Assembly: GCA_025935615.1 (NCBI GenBank)
Contig: JAICUY010000003.1
Location: 1-53,664 of the forward strand
From: Steroidobacteraceae bacterium
Lineage (GTDB): Bacteria > Chloroflexota > Limnocylindria > QHBO01
DNA length: 53,664 nt
Direction: 5' to 3'
Translations under genes and position numbers: made by a program
In this document: one piece after another, positions 46,976 through 53,664 of the stretch
How positions within the stretch are numbered: position 1 is the first letter of the stretch
Layout of the letters: the number at the start of each line of letters is the position of its first letter
Notes under the pieces: model-generated
Told to the model about the DNA's origin: nothing
Database searches by the model: none
The model's input: only the letters and a program-made list of their open reading frames with translations

Positions 46976-47656
46976 TTACTGCCCGCCGCCCTGCCGCTCG
47001 CCGGCCTGCGCCGTCTCACGGTCCTGCTTCGAGAAGATGCTGGCCTGCGAGCCGCTCTGCTGGCTGCCGCTCGATCCCTGGTTGGCCTGGCCGCCGGCGT
47101 TCGGCGAGCCGCCCTGACCCGATGAACCCTGCCCCTTGGCGCCCGACTGGCCCTGCTGCTGCGCGGCCGGAGCCGGGGCCGGGCGCGATGCGTCGCGGGT
47201 CATGGTGACCGAGCCTTCCCAGTGCGCGCCTTCCTTGACCACCAGCACCTGCGTCTTGATGGCGCCCTTGACCCGGCCGGTCGAGCCGATCTCGAAGCGG
47301 CCGCCGCAGTCGACATCGCCCTCGTAGTCGCCGTTGATGATCACGTTGTGGGCCTTGATGGCGCTCCGCACGCGGGCCTGCGGGCTGATGATCAGCGTGC
47401 CCTGGCACTCGATCTCGCCCTGCGCCTCGCCCTCGATGCGAAGGTCACGGTCGCTGACGTACTTGCCGTTGAATCGGGCATGCGGGTCGATCACGCTCTC
47501 GTTTCCCGCGCCGCCGTCGCTGCGGCGGAAGGTCGTGTCGCTGGCGTTCGGCGTCACTTCGACCTCACTGCTGAGTGTTTCCGGGTACAGGTTGCCCACA
47601 ACGTCCTCACGCGAGAGAGCGTCCTGCTTCTGGTCGCGCTTCGATCCGAAGACCAT
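46976..47656 (-). CDS. Bactofilin-domain protein with Gln/Gly/Ser-rich tail
   Basis: ATG 47656 (MVFGSKRDQ) with GGAGGAA 8 nt upstream. Beta-helix repeats IEGEAQGEIECQGTLIISPQARVRSAIKAHNVIINGDYEGDVDCGGRFEIGSTGRVKG. Tail QQQGQSGAKGQGSSGQGG... Confidence 0.8.
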   Translation of the reverse strand: MVFGSKRDQKQDALSREDVVGNLYPETLSSEVEVTPNASDTTFRRSDGGAGNESVIDPHARFNGKYVSDRDLRIEGEAQGEIECQGTLIISPQARVRSAIKAHNVIINGDYEGDVDCGGRFEIGSTGRVKGAIKTQVLVVKEGAHWEGSVTMTRDASRPAPAPAAQQQGQSGAKGQGSSGQGGSPNAGGQANQGSSGSQQSGSQASIFSKQDRETAQAGERQGGGQ

Positions 47657-47774
47657 GCCTGGGATTCCTCCATCTGCGACGCTCTGGCTGGCGCGTGTGG
47701 TGCTCGTGCAGGACCGATAGCGTACAGCACCGCACGCCGCCGAGGTAGCGGTGCCCCAGCGCAACTCGCGCCAC

Positions 47775-47780
47775 TAGAAT
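47775..47780 (+). promoter_or_regulatory. -10-like TAGAAT box, 9 nt upstream of upp ATG 47790
   Basis: gccacTAGAATgcacgaccgATG. Confidence 0.4.
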
Positions 47781-47789
47781 GCACGACCG

Positions 47790-48509
47790 ATGCAGCAGCT
47801 CGCCTCCAACGTCCACGTCTCGAGCCATCCGCTGGTCGCGCACAAGCTGTCGCTGCTGCGCGACAAGTCGACCGAGCCGAAGAAATTCCGCGAGCTGGTG
47901 CGCGAGCTGTCGTGGCTGCTCGGCTACGAGGCAATGGCCGACCTGTCGGTTGTCCCACGCGAAATCGAGACGCCCCTGGAGTTGGTCACCGGTTCGGAGC
48001 TCGAGCCGAAGGTCGGCCTGGTTCCGGTGCTGCGCGCCGGGCTGGGCATGGTCGACGCCATGCTCGAGCTGATGCCGTCAGCTGAGGTGTGGCACATCGG
48101 GCTGTACCGCGACGAGCGGACGTTGAAGCCGGTCGAGTACTACAACAAGCTGCCGGATGCAGCCACCGTCCAGGTCTGCCTCATCCTCGACCCGATGCTC
48201 GCCACCGGCGGCTCATCGGCCGCAACCGTCGACATCCTCAAGGCCTGGGGCGCGGCCCGCATCAAGCAGGTGAGCCTGATCGCCGCGCCCGAAGGAGTCG
48301 CCACGCTCTCCGGCGCGCACCCCGACGTCGACATCCACGTCGCGGCCGTCGACTCGCATCTCAACGAGCGCGGGTACATCGTGCCGGGGCTGGGCGACGC
48401 GGGCGACCGGCAGTTCGGCACGTTCGCCGGCCCCGGCTCCGAGCCTGGTCACGCCGACGACGAGACGGCCGAGGTCGTGCGGCGGCTCCAGCGCGACCTC
48501 GGCGCCTGA
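47790..48509 (+). CDS. upp: Uracil phosphoribosyltransferase (with about 30-aa C-terminal extension)
   Basis: 239-aa ORF: [20 protein letters not shown] loop [30 protein letters not shown]. Confidence 0.9.
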   Translation: MQQLASNVHVSSHPLVAHKLSLLRDKSTEPKKFRELVRELSWLLGYEAMADLSVVPREIETPLELVTGSELEPKVGLVPVLRAGLGMVDAMLELMPSAEVWHIGLYRDERTLKPVEYYNKLPDAATVQVCLILDPMLATGGSSAATVDILKAWGAARIKQVSLIAAPEGVATLSGAHPDVDIHVAAVDSHLNERGYIVPGLGDAGDRQFGTFAGPGSEPGHADDETAEVVRRLQRDLGA

Positions 48510-48512
48510 CGT

Positions 48513-48836
48513 TTCGCTGGGGGACGGTCTGGCGCGCATGCGCGGGCGCATGCAGACCGGCGCGAGGCATGCTCCACGCTGGCGCGCATGCGCGAGGGGT
48601 CATGGAACGCCACGCCAATGGCCCGTTGCGTCCGGTTGTATGCCCCACACGCATCGGAGCCAGTGGATCGCTGGGAGATGCTCGCGCGCATGCGGCAGGC
48701 GCATGCAGGACGGCGTAAGGCAGGTTCCACGCTGGCTCGCATGCGCCAGGGATCATGGAACGCCACGCCAACGTGCCGTTGCGCCGGGTTGTATGCGCTG
48801 GACGCATCGGCTCCGATGGAGCGGAACCCGTGCGAC
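48513..48836. repeat. Tandem duplication, unit about 153 nt, rich in GCATGC-centred palindromes
   Basis: Copy 1 is about 48513-48666 and copy 2 about 48667-48836, roughly 75-80% identical by hand alignment. Landmarks shifted by 152-153 nt: gcgcgcatgcg 48532/48684, tccacgctgg 48573/48726, catggaacgccacgccaa 48601/48754, ggttgtatgc 48634/48787. GCATGC occurs 7 times between 48536 and 48744. Confidence 0.85.
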
Positions 48837-49031
48837 GGGGCGCACACAGAAGTGCCCCGAAGGAACGACGCCCGGCCCGTTGATGCAATCTCCGGAACCG
48901 TTCGCGCCCCTTCGGGACGACCACAGGTTACCCGCCGCCGGTGCCTCGGCACAACCCCTGTTATCCCCGACTTCATCGGCTTGTACGAGAGTTATCCACC
49001 GCTCGTCCACGATGTGGACAAACGTTCGGAT

Positions 49032-49037
49032 TAGACT
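49032..49037 (+). promoter_or_regulatory. -10-like TAGACT box, 8 nt upstream of ATG 49046
   Basis: gatTAGACTccgcgccgATG. Confidence 0.35.
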
Positions 49038-49045
49038 CCGCGCCG

Positions 49046-49576
49046 ATGCACCAGCCCTTTCTCGGCTCGCACGTCCCGGTCTGCCCGCATTGCGGCACAG
49101 CGGCCGAGCACCCCATCGTCTGCGACCGATGCGGCTGGCGCTGGTACGCGAATCCGAAGCCGGCGGCGGGAACGCTGGTGGAGCGCATCGGTCCCGACGG
49201 AGAGATGAGCGTCTTGCTGCTGTTGCGAGCCGTCGAACCCGGACGCGGGATGTGGGACCTGCCGGCCGGCTACCTTGAGGCCGGCGAATCGGCGGAGGAA
49301 GGTGCGCTGCGCGAGACCCGCGAAGAGGCAGGGCTGGAGGTCGAGCTGGTGCAGCTGGTCGGCGTCTACACCAGCCGCGATGCGAACGCGTTGAGCGCCA
49401 TCTATCTCGCCCGACCTCAGACCATCACGGTCCTGACCGATGCGGAGTCGAGTGACCACGCGTGGGTGTCGCGCGCCGACGTCCCCGACTGGCTGCCGCG
49501 CATGGCGTTCCGCTCGATGGCGACGGCGCTCGACGACTGGGCCGCCGGACGCGTCGGCCAGCCGCGCGACTGGTAG
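49046..49576 (+). CDS. NUDIX hydrolase with N-terminal zinc-ribbon
   Basis: ATG 49046 inside ORF 48941..49576 (MHQPFLGSHVPVCPHCGTAAEHPIVCDRCGWRWY). NUDIX box GYLEAGESAEEGALRETREEAGL. Confidence 0.8.
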   Translation: MHQPFLGSHVPVCPHCGTAAEHPIVCDRCGWRWYANPKPAAGTLVERIGPDGEMSVLLLLRAVEPGRGMWDLPAGYLEAGESAEEGALRETREEAGLEVELVQLVGVYTSRDANALSAIYLARPQTITVLTDAESSDHAWVSRADVPDWLPRMAFRSMATALDDWAAGRVGQPRDW

Positions 49577-49613
49577 GGACTGGCAGGCCGGCGCCCGCAT
49601 GCCGCGCGCACGC

Positions 49614-49619
49614 TACACT
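49614..49619 (+). promoter_or_regulatory. -10-like TACACT box upstream of mdh (short SD-containing leader)
   Basis: cgcTACACTcgaaggaccattcGAGGAGaaccATG. Confidence 0.3.
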
Positions 49620-49642
49620 CGAAGGACCATTCGAGGAGAACC

Positions 49643-50635
49643 ATGCCGGACTCTCACGTGAGCGTGGCCGTCACCGGGGCTGCCGGACAGATCGGCTACG
49701 CGCTCCTGTTCCGGATCGCATCCGGTCAGATGTTCGGCCCGAACACGACCGTCGACCTGCGGCTGCTGGAGCTCGAACAGGCGCTGCCGGCCCTCGAGGG
49801 CGTGCGCATGGAGCTCGATGACTGCGCCTTCCCGCTGCTCGGCGACATCACCTGCACCTCGGACACCAACGTCGCCTTCGACGGCGTCAACTGGGCGCTG
49901 CTCGTCGGCGCCGTGCCGCGCAAGGCGGGCATGGAGCGCAAGGACCTGCTGACCATCAACGGCGGCATCTTCACCGGCCAGGGCCGGGCGATCGCCGACA
50001 GTGCCTCGGAGGACGTCCGCGTCCTCGTGGTCGGCAACCCGTGCAACACGAATTGCCTGATCGCGTCGTCGAACGCGCCGGGCGTGCCACGCGAACGATG
50101 GTTCGCGATGACCATGCTCGACCAGAACCGCGGCCGCCATCAGCTGGCCTCGCGTGCCGGCGTGCCGGTCAGCGAGGTGCGTGATCTGGCCATCTGGGGC
50201 AACCACTCCTCGACCCAGTTCCCCGACTTCTTCCACGCCACAATCTCGGGCCGCCCGACCGGCGAGATGATCGACGACGACGAATGGCTGCACGACGAAT
50301 TCATCCCCATCGTGCAGCAGCGCGGCGCCGAGATCATCAAGGCGCGGGGACAGTCGTCGGCGGCGAGCGCCGCGAACGCTGTCATCGACACGGTGCGCGA
50401 GATCACCCAGCCGAGCGGCGAGATCTTCTCCGCGGCGGTGCCGTCGCCCGGCGACGACCACGCGTACGGCGTGCCGGAGGGAATCGTGTTCGGCTATCCG
50501 CTGCGTGCCACCGCGCCCAATCGGGTCGAGATCGTCCAGGGCATTGCGCACGGTGACTGGGCACGCGGCAAGATCGAGGCGACGCTCAACGAGCTCCTCG
50601 AGGAGCGCGACGCGGTACAGGAGCTGTTGCCATGA
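49643..50635 (+). CDS. mdh: Malate dehydrogenase
   Basis: 330-aa ORF: [42 protein letters not shown]. Confidence 0.9.
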   Translation: MPDSHVSVAVTGAAGQIGYALLFRIASGQMFGPNTTVDLRLLELEQALPALEGVRMELDDCAFPLLGDITCTSDTNVAFDGVNWALLVGAVPRKAGMERKDLLTINGGIFTGQGRAIADSASEDVRVLVVGNPCNTNCLIASSNAPGVPRERWFAMTMLDQNRGRHQLASRAGVPVSEVRDLAIWGNHSSTQFPDFFHATISGRPTGEMIDDDEWLHDEFIPIVQQRGAEIIKARGQSSAASAANAVIDTVREITQPSGEIFSAAVPSPGDDHAYGVPEGIVFGYPLRATAPNRVEIVQGIAHGDWARGKIEATLNELLEERDAVQELLP

Positions 50636-51939
50636 CCACGGCCGAGGCGACGCGGACGGGCGAGGCGAAGCTGGCCCACGACGACGACGCCGTCGACCTG
50701 CCGGTCGTGACCGGAACGGAGGGCGAGAGCGCGGTCGACATCGGGCACCTGCGCGCGGAGACCGGCCTGATCACGCTCGATCCCGGCTACGGCAACACCG
50801 GCTCGTGCACCAGCGCCATCACCTTCCTCGACGGCGAGCAGGGCATCCTGCGCTACCGCGGCTATCCGATCGAGCAGCTCGCCGAGCGCAGCACCTTCCT
50901 GGAGGTCGCCTATCTGCTGATCTACGGCGAGCTCCCCACCCGCGCCGAGCTCGATGGATTCATCGACGAGGTGACCCGACACACGCTCATCCGCGAGGAG
51001 ATGCGGCACTTCTTCGACTCCTTCCCGACCGATGCGCACCCCATGGCCGTCCTGGCCGCCGGCACCGTCAGCCTCTCCACCTTCTACCCCGATGCGCAGC
51101 AGATCTTCGATCCGGTGGCGGTCGAGATCACCATCAAGCGCCTGATCGCCAAGCTGCCGACGCTGGCCGCCTGGTCGTTCAAGAAGGCGATCGGCCAGCC
51201 CTACGTCTATCCGAACAACGACCTCGGCTACTCGGCGAACCTCCTGCACATGATGTTCTCGGTGCCGTCCGAGGAGTATGAGGTCAACGAGGACGTCGCC
51301 AAGGCGCTCGACCTGCTGCTGATCCTGCACGCCGATCACGAGCAGAACTGCTCGGCCTCCACGGTCCGGATGGTCGGCTCCAGTCACGCCAACCTGTACG
51401 CGTCGATCAGCGCCGGCATCAGCGCCCTGTGGGGGCCGCTGCATGGCGGCGCCAACGAGGCGGTGATCAACACCCTGGAGCGGATCGTGGCCGACGGCGG
51501 CAATGTGCAGAAGTACGTCGACCGTGCCAAGGATCCCGACGACAGCTTCCGGTTGGCCGGCTTCGGGCATCGGGTCTACAAGAACTTCGACCCGCGGGCC
51601 AGGATCATCAAGGCCGCTGCAGACCGCGTCCTGCGCGCCACCGGAGCCGATGACCAGCTGTTCGAGGTTGCGCAGCGCCTCGAGGAAGTCGCGCTCCACG
51701 ACGAGTATTTCGTCGAACGCAAGCTTTACCCGAACGTCGACTTCTACTCGGGGCTGATCTACCGCGCCATCGGCTTCCCCAAGAACATGTTCACCAACTG
51801 CTTCGCCATCGGCCGCCTGCCCGGCTGGATCGCGCAGTGGAAGGAGATGATCGAGTCGCGCGAGACGAAGATCGCGCGGCCGCGGCAGGTCTACGTGGGG
51901 GCAGCCGAGCGCGAATACGTTTCGATCGAGCAGCGCTGA
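50632..51939 (+). CDS. gltA: Citrate synthase
   Basis: 435-aa ORF. ATGA overlap with the mdh stop. Motifs [25 protein letters not shown] and [14 protein letters not shown]. Confidence 0.9.
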   Translation: MTTAEATRTGEAKLAHDDDAVDLPVVTGTEGESAVDIGHLRAETGLITLDPGYGNTGSCTSAITFLDGEQGILRYRGYPIEQLAERSTFLEVAYLLIYGELPTRAELDGFIDEVTRHTLIREEMRHFFDSFPTDAHPMAVLAAGTVSLSTFYPDAQQIFDPVAVEITIKRLIAKLPTLAAWSFKKAIGQPYVYPNNDLGYSANLLHMMFSVPSEEYEVNEDVAKALDLLLILHADHEQNCSASTVRMVGSSHANLYASISAGISALWGPLHGGANEAVINTLERIVADGGNVQKYVDRAKDPDDSFRLAGFGHRVYKNFDPRARIIKAAADRVLRATGADDQLFEVAQRLEEVALHDEYFVERKLYPNVDFYSGLIYRAIGFPKNMFTNCFAIGRLPGWIAQWKEMIESRETKIARPRQVYVGAAEREYVSIEQR

Positions 51940-51942
51940 CCG

Positions 51943-52722
51943 ATGCGGCTGACGATCCTCGGCCGGTCTCCGGCCCGTCCCAACCCGGGCGAGCCGTGCG
52001 CCGGGTATCTCGTCGAGGGCGGCGGCACCCGCATCCTGCTCGACGTCGGTCCGGGTGTGGTCGCGCAGCTGCTGCGGCGAGTGACGCCGGACCAGGTCGA
52101 TGCGGTCGTCATCAGCCACATGCACACCGACCACTTCCTGGATCTCGTCACGCTCCGCTATGCGTACCCATGGCTCGAGCCGGCGCACACCAAGCTGCGG
52201 GTCGTCGTCCCGCCCGGTTCGACCGACCAGCTGCGCGACCTGGCCTGTGGCGCCGGCTACCCTGACTTCTTCTCGAAGAGCTTCACCTTCGACGAGCACG
52301 ACGGCCAGACCCCGTTCGAGGTCGGCGGCCTGCGCCTCGAGCCACGCGCCACGCAGCACTTCGTCCCGACCTGGGGCTTCCGCATCGAGGCGCGTGGCGA
52401 GGGCGAGTCTCCCGACCGGGTCCTTGCCTACTCGGCCGATGCCGCTCCCACGCCGGCCGTCCCCGACCTGGCCCAGGGCGCGGCTTTGTTCCTGTGCGAG
52501 GCGGCGCTGCGATCGCTGTCCGACGATCCGCCGGGTGAGGAGAACCGCGGCCACCTGCTACCGGCCGAGGCTGGGGTCGCGGCGCGCGCGGCCGGCGTCG
52601 AACGCCTGGTGCTGACCCACCTGCCCATCGACAACGGCGGCGACTGGGCACGCGACCAGGCCGCGGCCGAGTTCGAGGGTCCGGTCGAGGTCGCCGAGCT
52701 GCTCAAGACGTACGACGTCTGA
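51943..52722 (+). CDS. MBL-fold metallo-hydrolase (RNase Z/PhnP-like)
   Basis: 259-aa ORF: MRLTILGRS...GYLVEGGG..ILLDVGPG and HxHxDH motif ISHMHTDH. Confidence 0.7.
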   Translation: MRLTILGRSPARPNPGEPCAGYLVEGGGTRILLDVGPGVVAQLLRRVTPDQVDAVVISHMHTDHFLDLVTLRYAYPWLEPAHTKLRVVVPPGSTDQLRDLACGAGYPDFFSKSFTFDEHDGQTPFEVGGLRLEPRATQHFVPTWGFRIEARGEGESPDRVLAYSADAAPTPAVPDLAQGAALFLCEAALRSLSDDPPGEENRGHLLPAEAGVAARAAGVERLVLTHLPIDNGGDWARDQAAAEFEGPVEVAELLKTYDV

Positions 52723-52733
52723 TCGCGCGCGGG

Positions 52734-53294
52734 CTACTGCCCCTCGATCCGTGCTCGAGCGATGTAGCGGTCTGCCGCCCACGTCGCGAGCGCCCAGATC
52801 ATCGACAGCACCAGGGTGATGGCCAGCAGCAGCCCGGCCAGCAGCGGCGCGCCTGACCCGAGCCCACCGCCCAGCACCAGGATGCCGATGATGGCGACCG
52901 CCATGACGATGGCGATCATGAGCAGCCCCATCCGCGCAGCGGTCCAGGCGAACCAGCCGAGCGAGTGGTTCTGCGCGCGACCGGCCAGCCACAGCACGGT
53001 CGGACCGGCGGCGCCGAACAGCCCGACGTAGAGGCCGAAGCCCGAGAACAGCGCCCCCAGGCCGAGGTGCTGGTCGAGGACGAAGGCGGCGAAGAGCCAG
53101 GCCGCCAGCAACGCGCTGCCGGCGCCGACGCCTATCAGCCACACCAGCAGCATGGTGGCGGTGCCACCCGAGAGGCGCTCGACCAGCTCGCCGTCGTCGG
53201 TCTCGACAAGCTCGGTCGGGCTGTTCTCCGCCAGGTCCGGTGGCCGGTGCTCGTCCGCGTCCGGATTGGGCGCTTTGGTCGCCGGATCGGTCAC
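52734..53294 (-). CDS. Integral membrane protein, unknown function
   Basis: 186-aa ORF with an acidic N-terminus followed by about 4 hydrophobic segments. GTG start overlaps the upstream stop (GTGA). Confidence 0.55.
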   Translation of the reverse strand: MTDPATKAPNPDADEHRPPDLAENSPTELVETDDGELVERLSGGTATMLLVWLIGVGAGSALLAAWLFAAFVLDQHLGLGALFSGFGLYVGLFGAAGPTVLWLAGRAQNHSLGWFAWTAARMGLLMIAIVMAVAIIGILVLGGGLGSGAPLLAGLLLAITLVLSMIWALATWAADRYIARARIEGQ

Positions 53295-53664
53295 CGGCTG
53301 CCCTCGAAGGCCGCTGCCAGGTCCCGTACCAGGTCGTCGACCGCCTCGATTCCCAGCGAGAGGCGCACGAGCGCGTTGGGAACCTCCAGCGCCGATCCGC
53401 TGACCGACGCGTGCGTCATGACCCCGGGCAGCTCGATGAGCGACTCGACCGCGCCCAGCGATTCGGCCAGCGTGAAGAGCCGTGTGCAGGCCGCGAAGCG
53501 CCGGGCGCGCTCCTCGCCGTCGCGCAGCTCGAAGCTCAGCATCGCGCCGGGCAGCCGCATCTGGTGTTCGGCCAGCTCGTGCTGCGGATGGTCGGGTAGG
53601 CCTGGGTAGTGGACCCGCCTCACTTCCTCACGCGACCCGAGCCACTGCGCAACCAGGGCGGCGC
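53291..53664 (-). CDS. Cys/Met-metabolism PLP-dependent enzyme (cystathionine gamma-synthase/beta-lyase family), C-terminal part; 5' end outside the window
   Basis: ...VHYPGLPDHPQHELAEHQM..GAMLSFEL...LFTLAESLGAVESLIELPGVMTHAS. The frame stays open upstream of the track's 'M' (a GTG) to the window end (..AALVAQWLGSREEV). Confidence 0.8.
   Translation of the reverse strand, partial: AALVAQWLGSREEVRRVHYPGLPDHPQHELAEHQMRLPGAMLSFELRDGEERARRFAACTRLFTLAESLGAVESLIELPGVMTHASVSGSALEVPNALVRLSLGIEAVDDLVRDLAAAFEGSR

Noticed and set aside
46976-47018. Programmed -1 frameshift fusing bactofilin to the asparaginase frame
   Set aside because: The asparaginase frame is -1 relative to the bactofilin frame. 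However, the last bactofilin codons (GGC GGC GGG CAG TAA) contain no X-XXY-YYZ slippery heptamer and I see no downstream stimulatory structure. An indel or pseudogene is the more economical explanation.
48588-49034. 148-aa plus-strand ORF (and the minus-strand ORFs 48361..48924 and 48449..48976) encoding a repeated peptide across the 153-nt tandem units
   Set aside because: In the hand-checked plus-strand frame about one third of codons end in A/T, against about 10% in genes here, and differences between the two units are mostly non-synonymous, with an indel shifting the frame early in the unit. No SD or TANNNT box precedes the start. The minus-strand ORFs were not checked codon by codon; their translations are Arg/Ala/Pro-rich, like the shadow ORFs elsewhere in the window.

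Overview
High-GC (about 70% by eye, not computed), densely packed bacterial chromosomal segment with about 50 genes. The kgd gene carries an E2-like acyltransferase segment fused to E1o, and many genes have a TANNNT box a few nt upstream of the ATG. Both point to an actinobacterium-like organism; this is inference only, no search was possible.

Housekeeping content: kgd, mdh-gltA, thrC, thrB, an aspartokinase-like gene, gltX, upp, mutY-like, tag, an ABC-F ATPase, bactofilin and an asparaginase-II family gene. I recognised no rRNA, tRNA, transposase, integrase or cas gene, and no convincing CRISPR array.

The two most unusual coding regions are signalling islands.
- (1) A minus-strand operon at 6066-17699 encodes FAD monooxygenase, a 2487-aa cytoplasmic hybrid histidine kinase with 11 tandem GAF domains and 2 receivers, Hpt, a receiver-class III cyclase and an MFS transporter. 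This is a complete His-Asp-His-Asp relay whose output is a nucleotide cyclase.
- (2) A 7.5-kb block inserted between thrC and thrB carries a (GAF-PAS)x3 HisKA_3 kinase, a stand-alone receiver and an unusual cyclase-homology-domain/REC/LuxR-HTH protein.

Non-coding oddities:
- a 153-nt tandem duplication packed with GCATGC palindromes in a 536-nt gap (48510-49045);
- two exact 23-bp direct repeats 50 bp apart upstream of GNAT-thrC;
- a 25-bp AT-rich palindrome present at two intergenic sites;
- a roughly 165-nt rod-like inverted-repeat element (31902-32066);
- an asparaginase gene whose conserved N-terminal 70-75 codons have no usable start codon.

All functional calls rest on motifs I recognise in the supplied translations or in my own hand translations. 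No database search was run.
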